A stretch of 64,000 nucleotides of DNA from positions 154,975 through 218,974 of the forward strand of contig NIVC01001252.1 of NCBI GenBank assembly GCA_002269645.1, read 5' to 3'. Positions within the stretch are counted from its first letter, which is position 1, and every line of letters starts with the position of its first letter. The notes under the pieces were generated by a model. The model worked only from the letters and a program-made list of their open reading frames with translations. It made no database searches and was not told the DNA's origin. Position numbers and translations under genes: made by a program. The DNA comes from Macrostomum lignano (lineage: Eukaryota). Positions 25,701 to 36,030 of the stretch are shown here, one piece after another.

Positions 25701-28700
25701 GGTTGAAGTGCAAACCAATGCCGAATTTGATGTGCAAAGTCGAAAAATTGAATTTTTATTCTGCGGCCTTTAATACCAATCTACCTTGCCTAACTACCTG
25801 CCTAACTACCTGCCTATCTACCTGCCTACCTGCCTGTCTACCTGCCTACCAGCCTATCTGCCTGTCTACCTTCCTGCCTACCTGCCTGTCTACCTGCCTA
25901 CCAGCCTATCTGCCTGTCTACCTTCCTGCCTACCTGCCTGTCTACCTGCCTACCAGCCTATCTGCCTGTCTACCTTCCTGCCTACCTGCCTGTCTACCTG
26001 CCTACCAGCCTATCTGCCTGTCTACCTTCCTGCCTACCTGCCTGTCTACCTGCCTACCAGCCTATCTGCCTGTCTACCTTCCTGCCTACCTGCCTTTTTA
26101 CCTGCCTACCAGCCTATCTGCCTGTCTACCTTCCTGCCTACCTGCCTGTCTACTTGCCTACCAGCCTATCTGCCTGTCTACCTTCCTGCCTACCTGCCTG
26201 TCTACCTGCCTACCAGCCTATCTGCCTGTTTACCCGCCTACCAGCCTATCTGCCTGTCTACCTGCCTGTATACCCGCCTGTCTATCTGCCTGTCTACCCG
26301 TCTACCAGCCTATCTGCCTGTCTACCTGCCTGTCTACCTGCCTGTCTATCTGCCTGTCTACCCGTCTACCAGCCTATCTGCCTGTCTATCTGCCTGTCTA
26401 CCTGCCTGTCTACCTGCCTGTCTACCTGCCTGTCTACCCGCCTACCAGCCTATCTGCCTGTCTACCTGCCTGTCTACCCGCCTACCAGCCTATCTGCCTG
26501 TCTACCTGCCTGTCTACCTGTCTACCTTCCTACTTGGCTGTCTACCTGCTTGCCAACCTACCTCATCTACCAACCCACCTGTTTATAAATCTACCTACCT
26601 TCCTTCCCTTCATTCCTTAATTCCTTCATTCCCTAATCTGCCTCCAGAAATCACCACAAGCAGGGTTTTGTAAAGCAGTGTGCTAAAAACTAACATGCAA
26701 AAAATTGCAATCCAAAACCCTTTCAATTCAAACCATTGATAGCGGCGCATTTTTGTACGCAGCAAAATCGCGGTTGCTGCTATGCATGCAGGCTGGTTAC
26801 GAAATACAAAAAAAGTTTGGTGGCGGCGGCAAGGGGGATTCCAACGCTGGGCTGTCCTCATTTCCGTTTAGCACAGCGGGAGGGGAGAGAGGGGAGAGAC
26901 GAGCCTGAAGGACCGCCCGATTCCCCCAGCACTCGATATAATGAGGAACAAATTGGCTGTCGGTCAGCAAATAAAATTGGCTGCCAAAATCGCGAGCAGC
27001 AGAAGCAGAGCTGGCAGGTCCGGCGGCTTCGCGTGACCGGGCGGTTGCGGCTCGACGCCAAAAATGGAAAGAAGAGAGAGAGGGAAGGAGGGAGGGAGAC
27101 CGGGTTGAAAAGATAATCTGGATAGCAAGATTTTTATGCGTTCAAGAGGGTAAAGTGCGGGAGAGACCGACTCGATGACAGGTTTTTAGAAACTGGGAAT
27201 TAGTGATTGGAAATTATAGACAGGGACTCGGGAATGGGGACTTATAGACAGGGACTCGGGAACAGGGACTAATAGACAGGGACTCGGGAACAGGGACTAA
27301 TAGACAGGGACTCGGGAATGGGGACTTATAGACAGGGACTCGGGAACAGGGACTAATAGACAGGGACTCGGGAACAGGGACTAATAGACAGGGACTCGGG
27401 AACAGGGACTAATAGACAGGGACTCGGGAACAGGGACTAATAGACAGGGACTCGGGAACAGGGACTTATAAATAGGGACTCAAAAACAGGTGCTTAGCAG
27501 AGACAAAAAACAGTTGAACTTAAAAAAAGCCGCAAGCACCGCTGTTGCCAGGGCCCCATTCTCCAGAACAAAAGCAACAAATATAATTTGAGCACTGCTC
27601 TCGGCAACCGCGTGCCAGAGTCAGGGTGCAAGCCAACTGCACACAGACCGTCTCTTCCATTCTCTGCTGCAGAAACAGCATTGAGGGAGTGGCCATGCCG
27701 CACGTGGGTAGCAATTGACCCTGATAAATGGAATTACGAGTTCGGCATCATTAGCCTTGTTATTAGCGTCACTCTGTAGCATCATTAGCCTTGCATCATT
27801 AGCCTTGCTATTAGCCTGACTCTGTAGCATCATTAGCCTTGCTATTAGCCTCACTCTGTAGCATCATTAGCGTTGCTATTAGCCTCACTCTGTAGCATCA
27901 TTAGCCTTGCATCATTAGCCTTGCTATTAGCCTGACTCTGTAGCATCATTAGCCTTGCTATTAGCCTCACTCTGTAGCATCATTAGCGTTGCTATTAGCC
28001 TCACTCTGTAGCATCATTAGCCTTGCATCATTAGCCTTGCTATTAGCCTGACTCTGTAGCATCATTAGCCTTGCATCATTAGCCTTGCTATTAGCCTGAC
28101 TCTGTAGCATCATTAGCCTTGCTATTAGCCTCACTCTGTAGCATCATTAGCCTTGCATCATTAGCCTTGCTATTAGCGTCACTCTGTAGCATCATTAGCC
28201 TTGCATCATTAGCCTTGCTATTAGCCTGACTCTGTAGCATCATTAGCCTTGCTATTAGCCTCACTCTGTAGCATCATTAGATTTGCTATTAGCCTCACTC
28301 TGTAGCATCATTAGCGTTGCTATTAGCGTCATTCCATAGCTTTCCTCAGTAGCCCTCGCATCCTCAGCATTAGCATCATATCCTAGGGGTTAAAGTTGGC
28401 GGACAAGCAGGCAGAGAAACTGACTGATGATGGGAAAACAGCCCTCCCCAAACTATGCATTGGATCGATGCAGACAATTTTCATATGGACCTGTGATTAA
28501 TTCGCAAGGCTGGAAATACTTCAGACTCTGGGCAGAGGGACAAATGTCGCTTCTGCCTAAGTAATTAAAACTGGACGCGTATGCACTTTTCAGCGGATTA
28601 AAAAGGTAGAGGAAGACAAGATAGAGTACACAATGAACTTTAGAACTCCACTATATTGCCACTGAGAGACCAGGTGTTCAATGTAAAATTCTGTGAAGGG

Positions 28701-29260
28701 AAATGGCCACCCAATTTAAGATCAGTTTTGTACGCAAAAAATTGATTTGCCATGGGAGTTTTAGCCGGCTGCTGCTTCTAGAGAGAGACGAAAACAGTCG
28801 GATAGAGAGAGATGAAGGAAACTGCTCAAGCGTGCTCAAGAGTGCCAGCTGCAGAGCTGTAGGACTTCGGAAGCTGGAATTTTACTGGGGGAGTTCGGTT
28901 CTGCCACTGCTCTCCTGCCATCCCTGTGGGAGGGTCGGCAACTGTTGCATCGCTTCGGTTCCTCGTCAATTCGCGCATTTGTTCCCACAGATCGAAGGCA
29001 GCGGAGGCCCACTGGAATTTGCCATAGCCGCCTCTACTCGACAGAACAACTGACTGACTGACTGACTGACTGACTGACTGACTGACTGACTGACTGACTG
29101 ACTGACTGACTGACTGACTGACTGACTGACTGACTGACTGACTGACTGACTGACTGACTGACTGACTGACTGACTGACTGACTGACTGACTGACTGACTG
29201 ACTGACTGACTGACTGACTGACTGACTGACTGACTGACTGACTGACTGACTGACTGACTG

Positions 29261-29322
<62 letters not shown>

Positions 29323-30520
29323 CCTAAATAACTAACACACTAACGAACGAACTAACGAACGAACGAACAAAATGCTTGTGTAAATCTTCCTTTCGTGAGT
29401 TGCCTATGCAAGCAGCTTCCTCAAATTTGCAAAAAGCCACGGAGCTCAACCAGACTCCCAGCTTCATCCGGCTCGCAGTCACGAAATTTCCGGGATGCAC
29501 CGTGACTCTGAGGCTGCGCTACAATCACTACAACTAAAACGTCTAAATTACAATTAAAACGTCTGCAGGCACTGCCCGTTACAGACCAGTGGAGGATAGA
29601 AATTCATTAATCCAGAGGCCCAGAGTCTATATTCAAAATTCATAAGCTGGATCATATTGTTGTTTTTTAACCCCGAATTAAAAAACTTCCACCGTCTACC
29701 TCAATTATGCTTATAAAACTCGCGTAAATCTGGCAACACTTTTAATAGTCAAAATTAACAATTTCGCTGACCCCTGGGCGCATACAAGCACGCGCCAATA
29801 CTGTACGCAGGCACACACACACACGCTCACACAGGATGTACAGTGACTTTCTAATCATCAGGCATGTACACTATCTGTGCCTTGGGGGGGGGGGGGGTTG
29901 GCCCTCATGGGACCACCACCACTCGGCCAGATGAATCAGACGCGTTTACCGCCTCGTGCATCCTGCTGTAGGTGACAGAAAACTAAAAAAAAACATGCCA
30001 AGAAACTCACCGGAGCCTGCGGCTTCTTCTGCTGCTTCTCCGCCTGGGCGTGCAGCAGCATCTCCACGGCAACAACGTTCTCTTCCTGGATGGCGTGCAG
30101 CAGGGCGTCGCCCAACTCCAAGAAGCCGAAGCTGAGCAGCATCTCCAGCAGTTCGATGTGCTCAAACTCGATGGCGATTAGCACAGCCGATCGACCGAGC
30201 GAATCCACGCAGTTGACGTTGACGCTCAGCGTTTCGGCGTTTTCAACGTACTGCCGCACGCTGGTCATGTCGCCCATCTCCACTGAAAGCAGGTAGCGCC
30301 GCTCGTTCGAGTTCAAATCGACGTCCTTCTGCAGCAGGCCGCTGCCGCCGCCCATGCCGCCGCCTCCGCAGCTTCCGAGGCCGTCCAGTCCGCAGCCAAC
30401 GCCACCGCCGCCGCCGCCGCCGCCGCTGCCGCCTCCGCTGCACTGATCGATGCCCAGGTCCTCCATCATCTGGTACAGCTGGCGGCCTCGCTCGGCGTCG
30501 ATGGAGCCCGGACTGCTCAT
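1409..30520 (-). CDS. TRPC: TRPC (canonical transient receptor potential, trp-gamma-like) cation channel; 10 coding exons, 3' end beyond the left edge of the window
   Basis: Exons in transcript order: 30520-30011, 25695-25156, 18581-18347, 17784-17662, 13896-13757, 12760-12387, 10133-10033, 3936-3842, 2180-1986, 1634-1409. All have AG/GT boundaries and matching phases (about 846 codons). Motifs: ankyrin repeats ([25 protein letters not shown]), TRP_2 region ([35 protein letters not shown]), [12 protein letters not shown]4-S5 ([11 protein letters not shown]), pore helix (TLYWSTYGL), S6 (LLNMLIAMM), TRP box [11 protein letters not shown]-terminal coiled coil (RDLVKRY...[18 protein letters not shown]). 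Confidence 0.96.
1670..1965. repeat. 21-bp minisatellite (AGGTGATTGTGAATGGTTGCT) filling TRPC intron 1635-1985
   Basis: About 13 tandem copies. Confidence 0.95.
2225..2445. repeat. GA-rich ~27-bp minisatellite (GGGGTAGCGGGAGGGTCAGAGAGAGA)
   Basis: About 8 tandem copies with variable GA run. Confidence 0.85.
2780..3780. repeat. 20-bp C-rich minisatellite (CCAACCCACCCACTCTTTCA and variants)
   Basis: About 1 kb tandem array next to the TRPC exon 3842 donor. Confidence 0.93.
4484..8671 (+). CDS. Delta/Serrate-like DSL-domain single-pass membrane protein, 404 aa, no EGF repeats; nested antisense in TRPC intron 3937-10032
   Basis: Exons 4484-4564, 5041-5165, 6007-6121, 6199-6392, 6922-7159, 7535-7647 and 8323-8671 sum to 1215 nt, and every splice phase matches. 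Order: signal peptide ([27 protein letters not shown]); MNNL/C2-like region ([10 protein letters not shown]...CDPAFVIRV...TNPLHF...VLIHVWIKD); DSL motif [16 protein letters not shown]...[17 protein letters not shown]; TM helix [25 protein letters not shown] followed by RRCVKPKK; Pro/Tyr-containing tail. Confidence 0.85.
4630..5017 (+). repeat. 41-bp minisatellite (GGATTGCTAATCTATAGCCTACATGAATAAAGGAATAGAAT), about 9 copies
   Basis: Tandem array; same unit as 9642-9932 in opposite orientation. Confidence 0.93.
5305..5991. repeat. 29/30-bp minisatellite (AATCTCACCCAAGAGAATCGCCCCTATAAG)
   Basis: About 23 copies; unit switches from 29 to 30 bp at about 5620. Confidence 0.93.
6462..6896. repeat. 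TATCAGTT/TATCAGCT 16-bp array
   Basis: Tandem array in DSL-gene intron 4. Confidence 0.9.
7245..7432. repeat. 12-bp repeat (GAGTGACAGATA)
   Basis: Tandem copies in DSL-gene intron 5. Confidence 0.88.
7740..8245. repeat. 38-bp G-rich minisatellite (GGGAGTGAGGTGGGTGCATGAAAGGGGTGGGAAGAACA)
   Basis: About 13 copies in DSL-gene intron 6. Confidence 0.9.
8722..8995. repeat. 59-bp tandem repeat just downstream of the DSL-gene stop codon
   Basis: About 5 copies of ATATTAGCGC...CAAAGATC.CGA...TACTTTTAT...GCATTG. Confidence 0.8.
9642..9932 (-). repeat. 41-bp minisatellite, inverted partner of 4630-5017, about 7 copies
   Basis: ATTAGCAATCCATTCTATTCCTTTATCCGCGTAGGCTATAG is the reverse complement of the 4630 unit, apart from minor variants. 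Confidence 0.93.
10700..10990. repeat. (TCTCC)n microsatellite
   Basis: Direct inspection. Confidence 0.95.
11698..12345. repeat. (CTCTCC)n / CTTCACCTCC polypyrimidine array
   Basis: Direct inspection. Confidence 0.93.
12895..13665. repeat. 14-bp polypurine array (GAGAGGGAGAGGGT)
   Basis: Direct inspection. Confidence 0.93.
14240..14535. repeat. 16-bp array (TCTCAAGCTCAAATCT / TCTCAAGCTCGAAACT)
   Basis: About 18 copies of two alternating variants. Confidence 0.9.
15255..15925. repeat. 30-bp minisatellite (CCCCCTCTGGCCTCTCCCACAGTCTCTTCA)
   Basis: About 22 copies. Confidence 0.93.
16680..17040. repeat. (CT)n and degenerate CCCTCTACTTCTCTCT array
   Basis: Direct inspection. Confidence 0.88.
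17890..18143 (-). mobile_element. tRNA-derived SINE in TRPC intron
   Basis: On the minus strand: Pol III A box TAGCCTAGTGG (18137-18127) and B box GGTTCGATTC (18093-18084). These are followed by a non-tRNA body, TGTGTCCTTGAGCAAGACACTTAAC...TCACCCAGCTGTAAA, a motif common in conserved-core metazoan SINEs. The 3' boundary is approximate. Confidence 0.7.
18612..19475. repeat. 23-bp minisatellite (AAGTTGGCACCCACCTGACACTC)
   Basis: About 37 copies starting about 30 nt from the TRPC exon 18581 acceptor. Confidence 0.94.
20371..23576 (-). mobile_element. Full-length Chapaev-type (CMC/Transib-related) DNA transposon in TRPC intron
   Basis: 125-bp near-identical TIRs at 20371-20495 and 23452-23576, with CACGGTTAGG...CCTAACCGTG termini. 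4-bp target-site duplication GGCA at 20367-20370 and 23577-23580. Single internal transposase ORF. Confidence 0.92.
21026..23068 (-). CDS. Chapaev DDE transposase, 680 aa, uninterrupted
   Basis: N-terminal Chapa-like zinc finger: H-x7-C-x2-C...P-x3-C-x2-C...C-x-C-x2-C. Further Zn motif CSYC...GRGKQHKC. Catalytic motifs [22 protein letters not shown]...[44 protein letters not shown]. Confidence 0.9.
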   Translation of the reverse strand: MPTTKKTHNENRQSLCLLCLRRASALISSCSNFESVAADLFQDYEAVRHFLPEGVCQGCRRVLSSLRSLTPRALPPRPDYEKIIADMKSLPPATRSRPDCNCQLCEMARGNHHKGSDPKTPYTTGPARAPPGRPRERSPAPAEGATAVLSCSYCHSPVGRGKQHKCNSTAKVTNIEQTVSPRTREMLASNCIAEKTGGSTADSNSITLARHRGGHPIRVAVHVAQNSSASFPPTRTDTMMHLKTTLNLSNNQVLQAAQVLRAGASSSRAVESNLKKILVQQNRALEDYFDIQNLQFSELTSTAATADTICRPTVVCNDSVKLIAHVAQQRSFNDFHCLLGLDGGGGFFKVCVSIIGSNAKPEIGTRGANSRKFCDTGVKKILLLAIVNDVPETYGNIQALLEAIAVNELQIPVTADMKVANIICGLQPHSCTHPCPYCEALAPLTENGVPRTLGRIRQFAQQFQAAGQVRAKAKNFKNCVNMPLLPGDDDKEVLMLLPPPELHLLLGVSNRLLDKLNEAWGANRAFEWAHQHGIIRADYRGGMMEGNACRQLLRKSPQLHADLPPPLQPYGACLMAFDRLVSSAFGTELAADFEEAIENFRLAYMSLSLPVTPKVHVVFCHVGEFCRRTGQALGSCSEQAVESVHSDFAKTWSRYSLPAHHAEFGQNLLRAVVAYNSHHI
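23690..24260. repeat. 17-bp minisatellite (TCAATCTAATCAAACTG)
   Basis: About 33 copies. Confidence 0.93.
25780..26570. repeat. CCTGCCTGTCTA-type degenerate minisatellite
   Basis: Direct inspection; source of the (LPAY/CLST)n ORFs. Confidence 0.92.
27215..27480. repeat. 28-bp minisatellite (GACAGGGACTCGGGAACAGGGACTAATA)
   Basis: About 9 copies. Confidence 0.9.
27745..28335. repeat. Composite minisatellite of CATCATTAGCCTTG and CTATTAGCCTCACTCTGTAG subunits
   Basis: Two related subunits alternate in varying order. Confidence 0.88.
29050..29370. repeat. Compound tetranucleotide microsatellite (CTGA)n-(CTAA)n-(CGAA)n
   Basis: Direct inspection. Confidence 0.95.
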
Positions 30521-30879
30521 GACTGCAGCAAACTGCTCAAACTATGGCAGTGGGCCAGGCCTGCGGACCTGAGAGGGCAGGCGGTGGGGGGGGGTGGCGG
30601 CTGGGGCCTCAGCTGTCTGGATGCCACGCCTCTCAATTGTCAAGAGTCTGAATGTAACAGTTGCAGAATGGCACTGGGGCTGCAGTCAGCGGCTGGAAGA
30701 GCTTCACTGAGAGGCAGAAATTTGACGGCGCGCAACAGACAATGGAGAGAGAAAAATAAAGTTGAGTCGCGCTCAAATCATCCCCTGCCAGCCTGGCTTG
30801 CTGTGCTTCTGTTCTGCCCGCTTTCACTGACGGCTTTCACTGCAGAGTATTGATTTACTCAGCCTAGTCACGAATGGGC

Positions 30880-31178
<299 letters not shown>

Positions 31179-32029
31179 GAGGGACTGAAAGCAGGTAGCG
31201 GGCAGTGGGCAGCTGCACAGGAAAGCGAAGTCATCGAGGCTACGCAGGGATGGCTGTGCAGCGGCGGTGTTTTGGGATCAGAAATCACAGCCAGTGGGGA
31301 GGGGGGATTGCAGTCAGCCGCCAGAGATCCGGGAGAAGGCGGCCGCGCCAAGCCAGCTGCGGGCAACGGCAACGCACTGGGCGGGAAGCTGCACAGAAAT
31401 AGAAACGATGGAGCTACTGGAATCGAATCCGGGAAGCTGATGGGGGAGGGTAGGATGAAGGGGAAGGGAAACACTGGAAGTACGGCTGGCTGTTGCAAAT
31501 TCTAATTAGCATTTCTGCCCAGAGATTCACTGGCAACCCCGGGGGAGGGGGGGTGGCCAGCCATCCAACAAGAAAACATTGGGGCGACGGCTGGCGCAGC
31601 GCAAAAATCACGTCGCAAATGGTTACGGGCAGGCGTGTCGTGTCGGCTTCAATAAAGAAATTGCGCGTATTGGAATGCGGCGCTATTTGGTTGACGCGGA
31701 GAGACACTGGCGGAGGTGGTCACGGGGACCCAGGTGTGACTTCCAGGACTTGAGGGTTAGGGGTGGGAAGAGGCTTATCTCTGCTGGATTTAGGTGAAAA
31801 TAGTCTGCAGAGCTGCTGAACATGTCATGATAGTGTTTATCTTGATAAGCATCCCATCTCCCTACCCAGGCAGTCATGAACAATATCTGGGAATAATTTC
31901 CTCTGCTGGTACCCGGCAATGACTGCTTCGAAATTGACTATTATAGGATCAGGAAATGTTAAAGGTGAGAAAATGGCTTGCATGGATAGAGAAGCTATGG
32001 ATTAAGCTATGGATTAGATTGGATTGGAT

Positions 32030-32485
32030 TGGGAGGCAGCGGCGCCCACTGGAGCCTCATGGGAGGCAGCGGCGCCCGCTGAAGCTCCGTGGGAGGCAGC
32101 GGCGCCCACTGGAGCCTCATGGGAAACAGCGGCTAGCGGCGCCCACTGAAGCTCCGTGGGAGGCAGCGGCGCCCGCTGAAGCTCCGTGGGAGGCAGCGGC
32201 GCCCACTGAAGCTCCGTGGGAGGCAGCGGCGCCCACTGGAGTCTCATTGGAAACAGCGGCTAGCGGCGCCCACTGAAGCTCCGTGGGAGGCAGCGGCGCC
32301 CCACTGAAGCTCCGTGGGAGGCAGCGGCGCCCTGCTGAAGCTCCGTGGGAGGCAGCGGCGCCCGCTGAAGCTCCGTGGGAGGCAGCGGCTAGCGGCGCCC
32401 CGCTGAAGCTCCGTGGGAGGCAGCGGCTAGCGGCGCCCCGCTGAAGCTTTGTGGGAGGCAGCGGCGCCCGCTGAAGCTCCGTGGA
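32030..32485. repeat. ~30-bp GC-rich minisatellite (GGGAGGCAGCGGCGCCCGCTGAAGCTCCGT)
   Basis: About 14 copies. Confidence 0.9.
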
Positions 32486-33229
32486 AGGTCCCCCTAACTG
32501 AGCAAAGCATTACCTGGACCAGCGCTCGAGCGCATCAACTCAGAGCGACAGGAGTAAAGTCAGCAACAGACTGGCATGCCTCCTTGATCTGAACTCGGTA
32601 GTCCTCTCCGGCTGTCCTCTCGTCCTTGCCAATAACTCGATATTGATTGACTGACAGTTTTATAATGACGATCCCGATCCGCCTTGGCCAACGTCTTCTG
32701 TCTCTAGCTCTCTCTCTCTCTCTCTTGGTCTCTCTTACTCTCTTTTTCAACTATACGCTTAATCGTCTCTTATTCGTTCCTATATTATACTGTCTAGTGG
32801 CGGGCCAAATCCCCTCTAAAGCTTTTTGTCTCTTTGGAAATTTTTAGCCGCTGCTGCTGACTCGCCTTGGCAAAGAACGGGCGCAGCTGCCCCTCCCGCT
32901 CTCTCTCTCTCTCTTCGCTGATCTGTGCACCCCGACGCACAAGGGTGGGTTGGTCAGTGTTGGCGACCAATGGCAAATCTGGACTGCAATACGGTAACCT
33001 CATTGGCTTACTATTCACTGTTTTAGTTTATTCAATGCCACCTCCCTCCCCACTTCTGACTGGCAGGTTTCAGTTTCTCTGTTCTGTGCTGGGCCTTCTG
33101 TTCAATCCTCGCTGCGGATCACTTGGACCCGGCTTATTTGTCTGGCGTCCTTTCGAATCGGGGAGATGCAGACGGCAGACAGGAGTGCAAGGGAGAGGAG
33201 AAATGGGAAGCGGAAAGATGGGGGAGACG

Positions 33230-36030
33230 GTGCATGGGAGAAGGTGGAGAGGAGAGGGTGGAGAGGAGAGGGTGGAGAGGAGATGGTGGAGAGGAGAGGG
33301 TGGAGAGGACAGGGTGGAGAGGAGAGGGTGAAGAGGAGAGGGTGGAGAGGAGAGGGTGGAGAGGAGAGGGTGGAGAGGAGAGGGTGGAGAGGAGAGGGTG
33401 GAGAGGAGAGGGTGGAGAGGAGAGGGTGGAGAGGAGAGGGTGGAGAGGAGAGGGTGGAGAGGAGAGGGTGAAGAGGAGAGGGTGGAGAGGAGAGGGTGGA
33501 GAGGAGAGGGTGGAGAGGAGAGGGTGGAGAGGAGAGGGTGGAGAGGAGAGGGTGGAGAGGAGAGGGTGGAGAGGAGAGGGTGGAGAGGAGAGGGTGGAAA
33601 GGAGAGGGTGGAGAGGAGACGGTGGAGAGGACAGGGTGGAGAGGAGAGGATGAAGAGGAGAGGGTGGAGAGGAGAGGGTGGAGAGGAGAGGGTGGAGAGG
33701 AGATGGTGGAAAGGAGAGGGTGGAGAGGAGATGGCGGAGAGGAGAGGGTGGAGAGGAGATGGCGGAAAGGAGAGGGTGGAGAGGAGAGGTTGGAGAGGAG
33801 ACGGTGGAGAGGAGAGGTTGGAGAGGAGAGGGTGGAGAGGAGAGGTTGGAGAGGAGAGGGTGGAGAGGAGAGGGTGGAGAGGAGATGGCGGAAAGGAGAG
33901 GGTGGAGAGGAGAGGTTGGAGAGGAGAGGGTGGAGAGGAGAGGGTGGAGAGGAGAGGGTGGAGAGGAGAGGGTGGAGAAGAGATGGCGGAAAGGAGAGGT
34001 TGGAGAGGAGAGGTTGGAGAGGAGAGGTTGGAGAGGAGAGGGTGGAGAGGAGAGGGTGGAGAGGAGAGGGTGGAGAGGAGAGGGTGGAGAGGAGAGGGTG
34101 GAGAGGAGAGGGTGGAGAGGAGAGGGTGGAGAGGAGAGGGTGGAGAGGAGATGGTGGAGAGGAGATGGTGGAGAGGACAGGGTGGAGAGGAGAGGGTGAA
34201 GAGGAGAGGGTGGAGAGGAGAGGGTGGAGAGGAGAGGGTGGAGAGGAGAGGGTGGAGAGGAGAGGGTGGAGAGGAGAGGGTGGAGAGGAGAGGGTGGAGA
34301 GGAGAGGGTGGAAAGGAGAGGGTGGAGAGGAGAGGGTGGAGAGGAGAGGGTGGAAAGGAGAGGGTGGAGAGGACAGGGTGGAGAGGAGAGGGTGGAGAGG
34401 AGAGGGTGGAGAGGAGAGGGTGGAGAGAAGAGGGTGGAGAGGAGAGGGTGGAGAGGAGAGGGTGGAGAGGAGAGGGTGGAGAGGAGAGGGTGAAGAGGAG
34501 AGGGTGAAGAGGAGAGGGTGGAGAGGAGAGGGTGGAGAGGAGAGGGTGGAGAGGAGAGGGTGGAGAGGAGAGGGTGGAGAGGAGAGGGTGGAAAGGAGAG
34601 GGTGGAGAGGAGACGGTGGAGAGGACAGGGTGGAGAGGAGAGGATGAAGAGGAGAGGGTGGAGAGGAGAGGGTGGAGAGGAGAGGGTGGAGAGGAGATGG
34701 TGGAAAGGAGAGGGTGGAGAGGAGATGGCGGAGAGGAGAGGGTGGAGAGGAGATGGCGGAAAGGAGAGGGTGGAGAGGAGAGGTTGGAGAGGAGAGGGTG
34801 GAGAGGAGAGGTTGGAGAGGAGAGGGTGGAGAGGAGAGGTTGAAGAGGAGAGGGTGGAGAGGAGAGGGTGGAGAGGAGAGGGTGGAGAGGAGAGGGTGGA
34901 GAGGAGATGGCGGAAAGGAGAGGGTGGAGAGGAGAGGTTGGAGAGGAGAGGGTGGAGAGGAGAGGGTGAAGAGGAGAGGGTGGAGAGGAGAGGGTGGAGA
35001 AGAGATGGCGGAAAGGAGAGGTTGGAGAGGAGAGGTTGGAGAGGAGAGGTTGGAGAGGAGAGGGTGGAGAGGAGAGGGTGGAGAGGAGAGGGTGGAGAGG
35101 AGAGGGTGGAGAGGAGAGGGTGGAGAGGAGAGGGTGGAGAGGAGAGGGTGGAGAGGAGAGGGTGGAGAGGAGATGGTGGAGAGGAGATGGTGGAGAGGAC
35201 AGGGTGGAGAGGAGAGGGTGAAGAGGAGAGGGTGGAGAGGAGAGGGTGGAGAGGAGAGGGTGGAGAGGAGAGGGTGGAGAGGAGAGGTTGGAGAGGAGAG
35301 GGTGGAGAGGAGAGGGTGGAGAGGAGAGGGTGGAAAGGAGAGGGTGGAGAGGAGACGGTGGAGAGGACAGGGTGGAGAGGAGAGGATGAAGAGGAGAGGG
35401 TGGAGAGGAGAGGGTGGAGAGGAGAGGGTGGAGAGGAGATGGTGGAAAGGAGAGGGTGGAGAGGAGATGGCGGAGAGGAGAGGGTGGAGAGGAGATGGCG
35501 GAAAGGAGAGGGTGGAGAGGAGAGGTTGGAGAGGAGAGGGTGGAGAGGAGAGGTTGGAGAGGAGAGGGTGGAGAGGAGATGGTGGAGAGGAGATGGCGGA
35601 AAGGAGAGGGTGGAGAGGAGAGGTTGGAGAGGAGAGGGTGGAGAGGAGAGGGTGGAGAGGAGAGGGTGGAGAGGAGAGGGTGGAGAAGAGATGGCGGAAA
35701 GGAGAGGTTGGAGAGGAGAGGTTGGAGAGGAGAGGGTGGAGAGGAGAGGGTGGAGAGGAGAGGGTGGAGAGGAGAGGGTGGAGAGGAGAGGGTGGAGAGG
35801 AGAGGGTGGAGAGGAGAGGGTGGAGAGGAGATGGCGGAAAGGAGAGGGTAGAGAGGAGATGGCGGAAAGGAGAGGGTGGAGAGGAGAGGTTGGAGAGGAG
35901 AGGGTGGAGAGGAGATGGTGGAGAGGAGAGGGTGGAGAGGAGAGGGTGGAGAGGAGATGGTGGAGAGGAGACGGTGGAGAGGAGATGGTGGAGAGGAGAT
36001 GGTGGAGAGGAGACGGTGGAGAGGAGACGG
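33230..36030. repeat. 2.8-kb polypurine 14-bp satellite (GGAGAGGAGAGGGT) with higher-order repeats
   Basis: About 200 units; diagnostic variant blocks recur at about 33590, 34590 and 35330. Confidence 0.96.

Noticed and set aside
2181-30010. Rule that TRPC intronic arrays are purine-rich near donors and pyrimidine-rich near acceptors
   Set aside because: It holds for some introns but not others (e.g. 25780-26570 is purine-rich on the sense strand next to an acceptor).
32514-32700. Possible non-coding 5' UTR exon of TRPC (CAG|GTAAT donor on the minus strand; acceptors at about 30561-30570)
   Set aside because: Plausible, but it cannot be delimited without transcript data.
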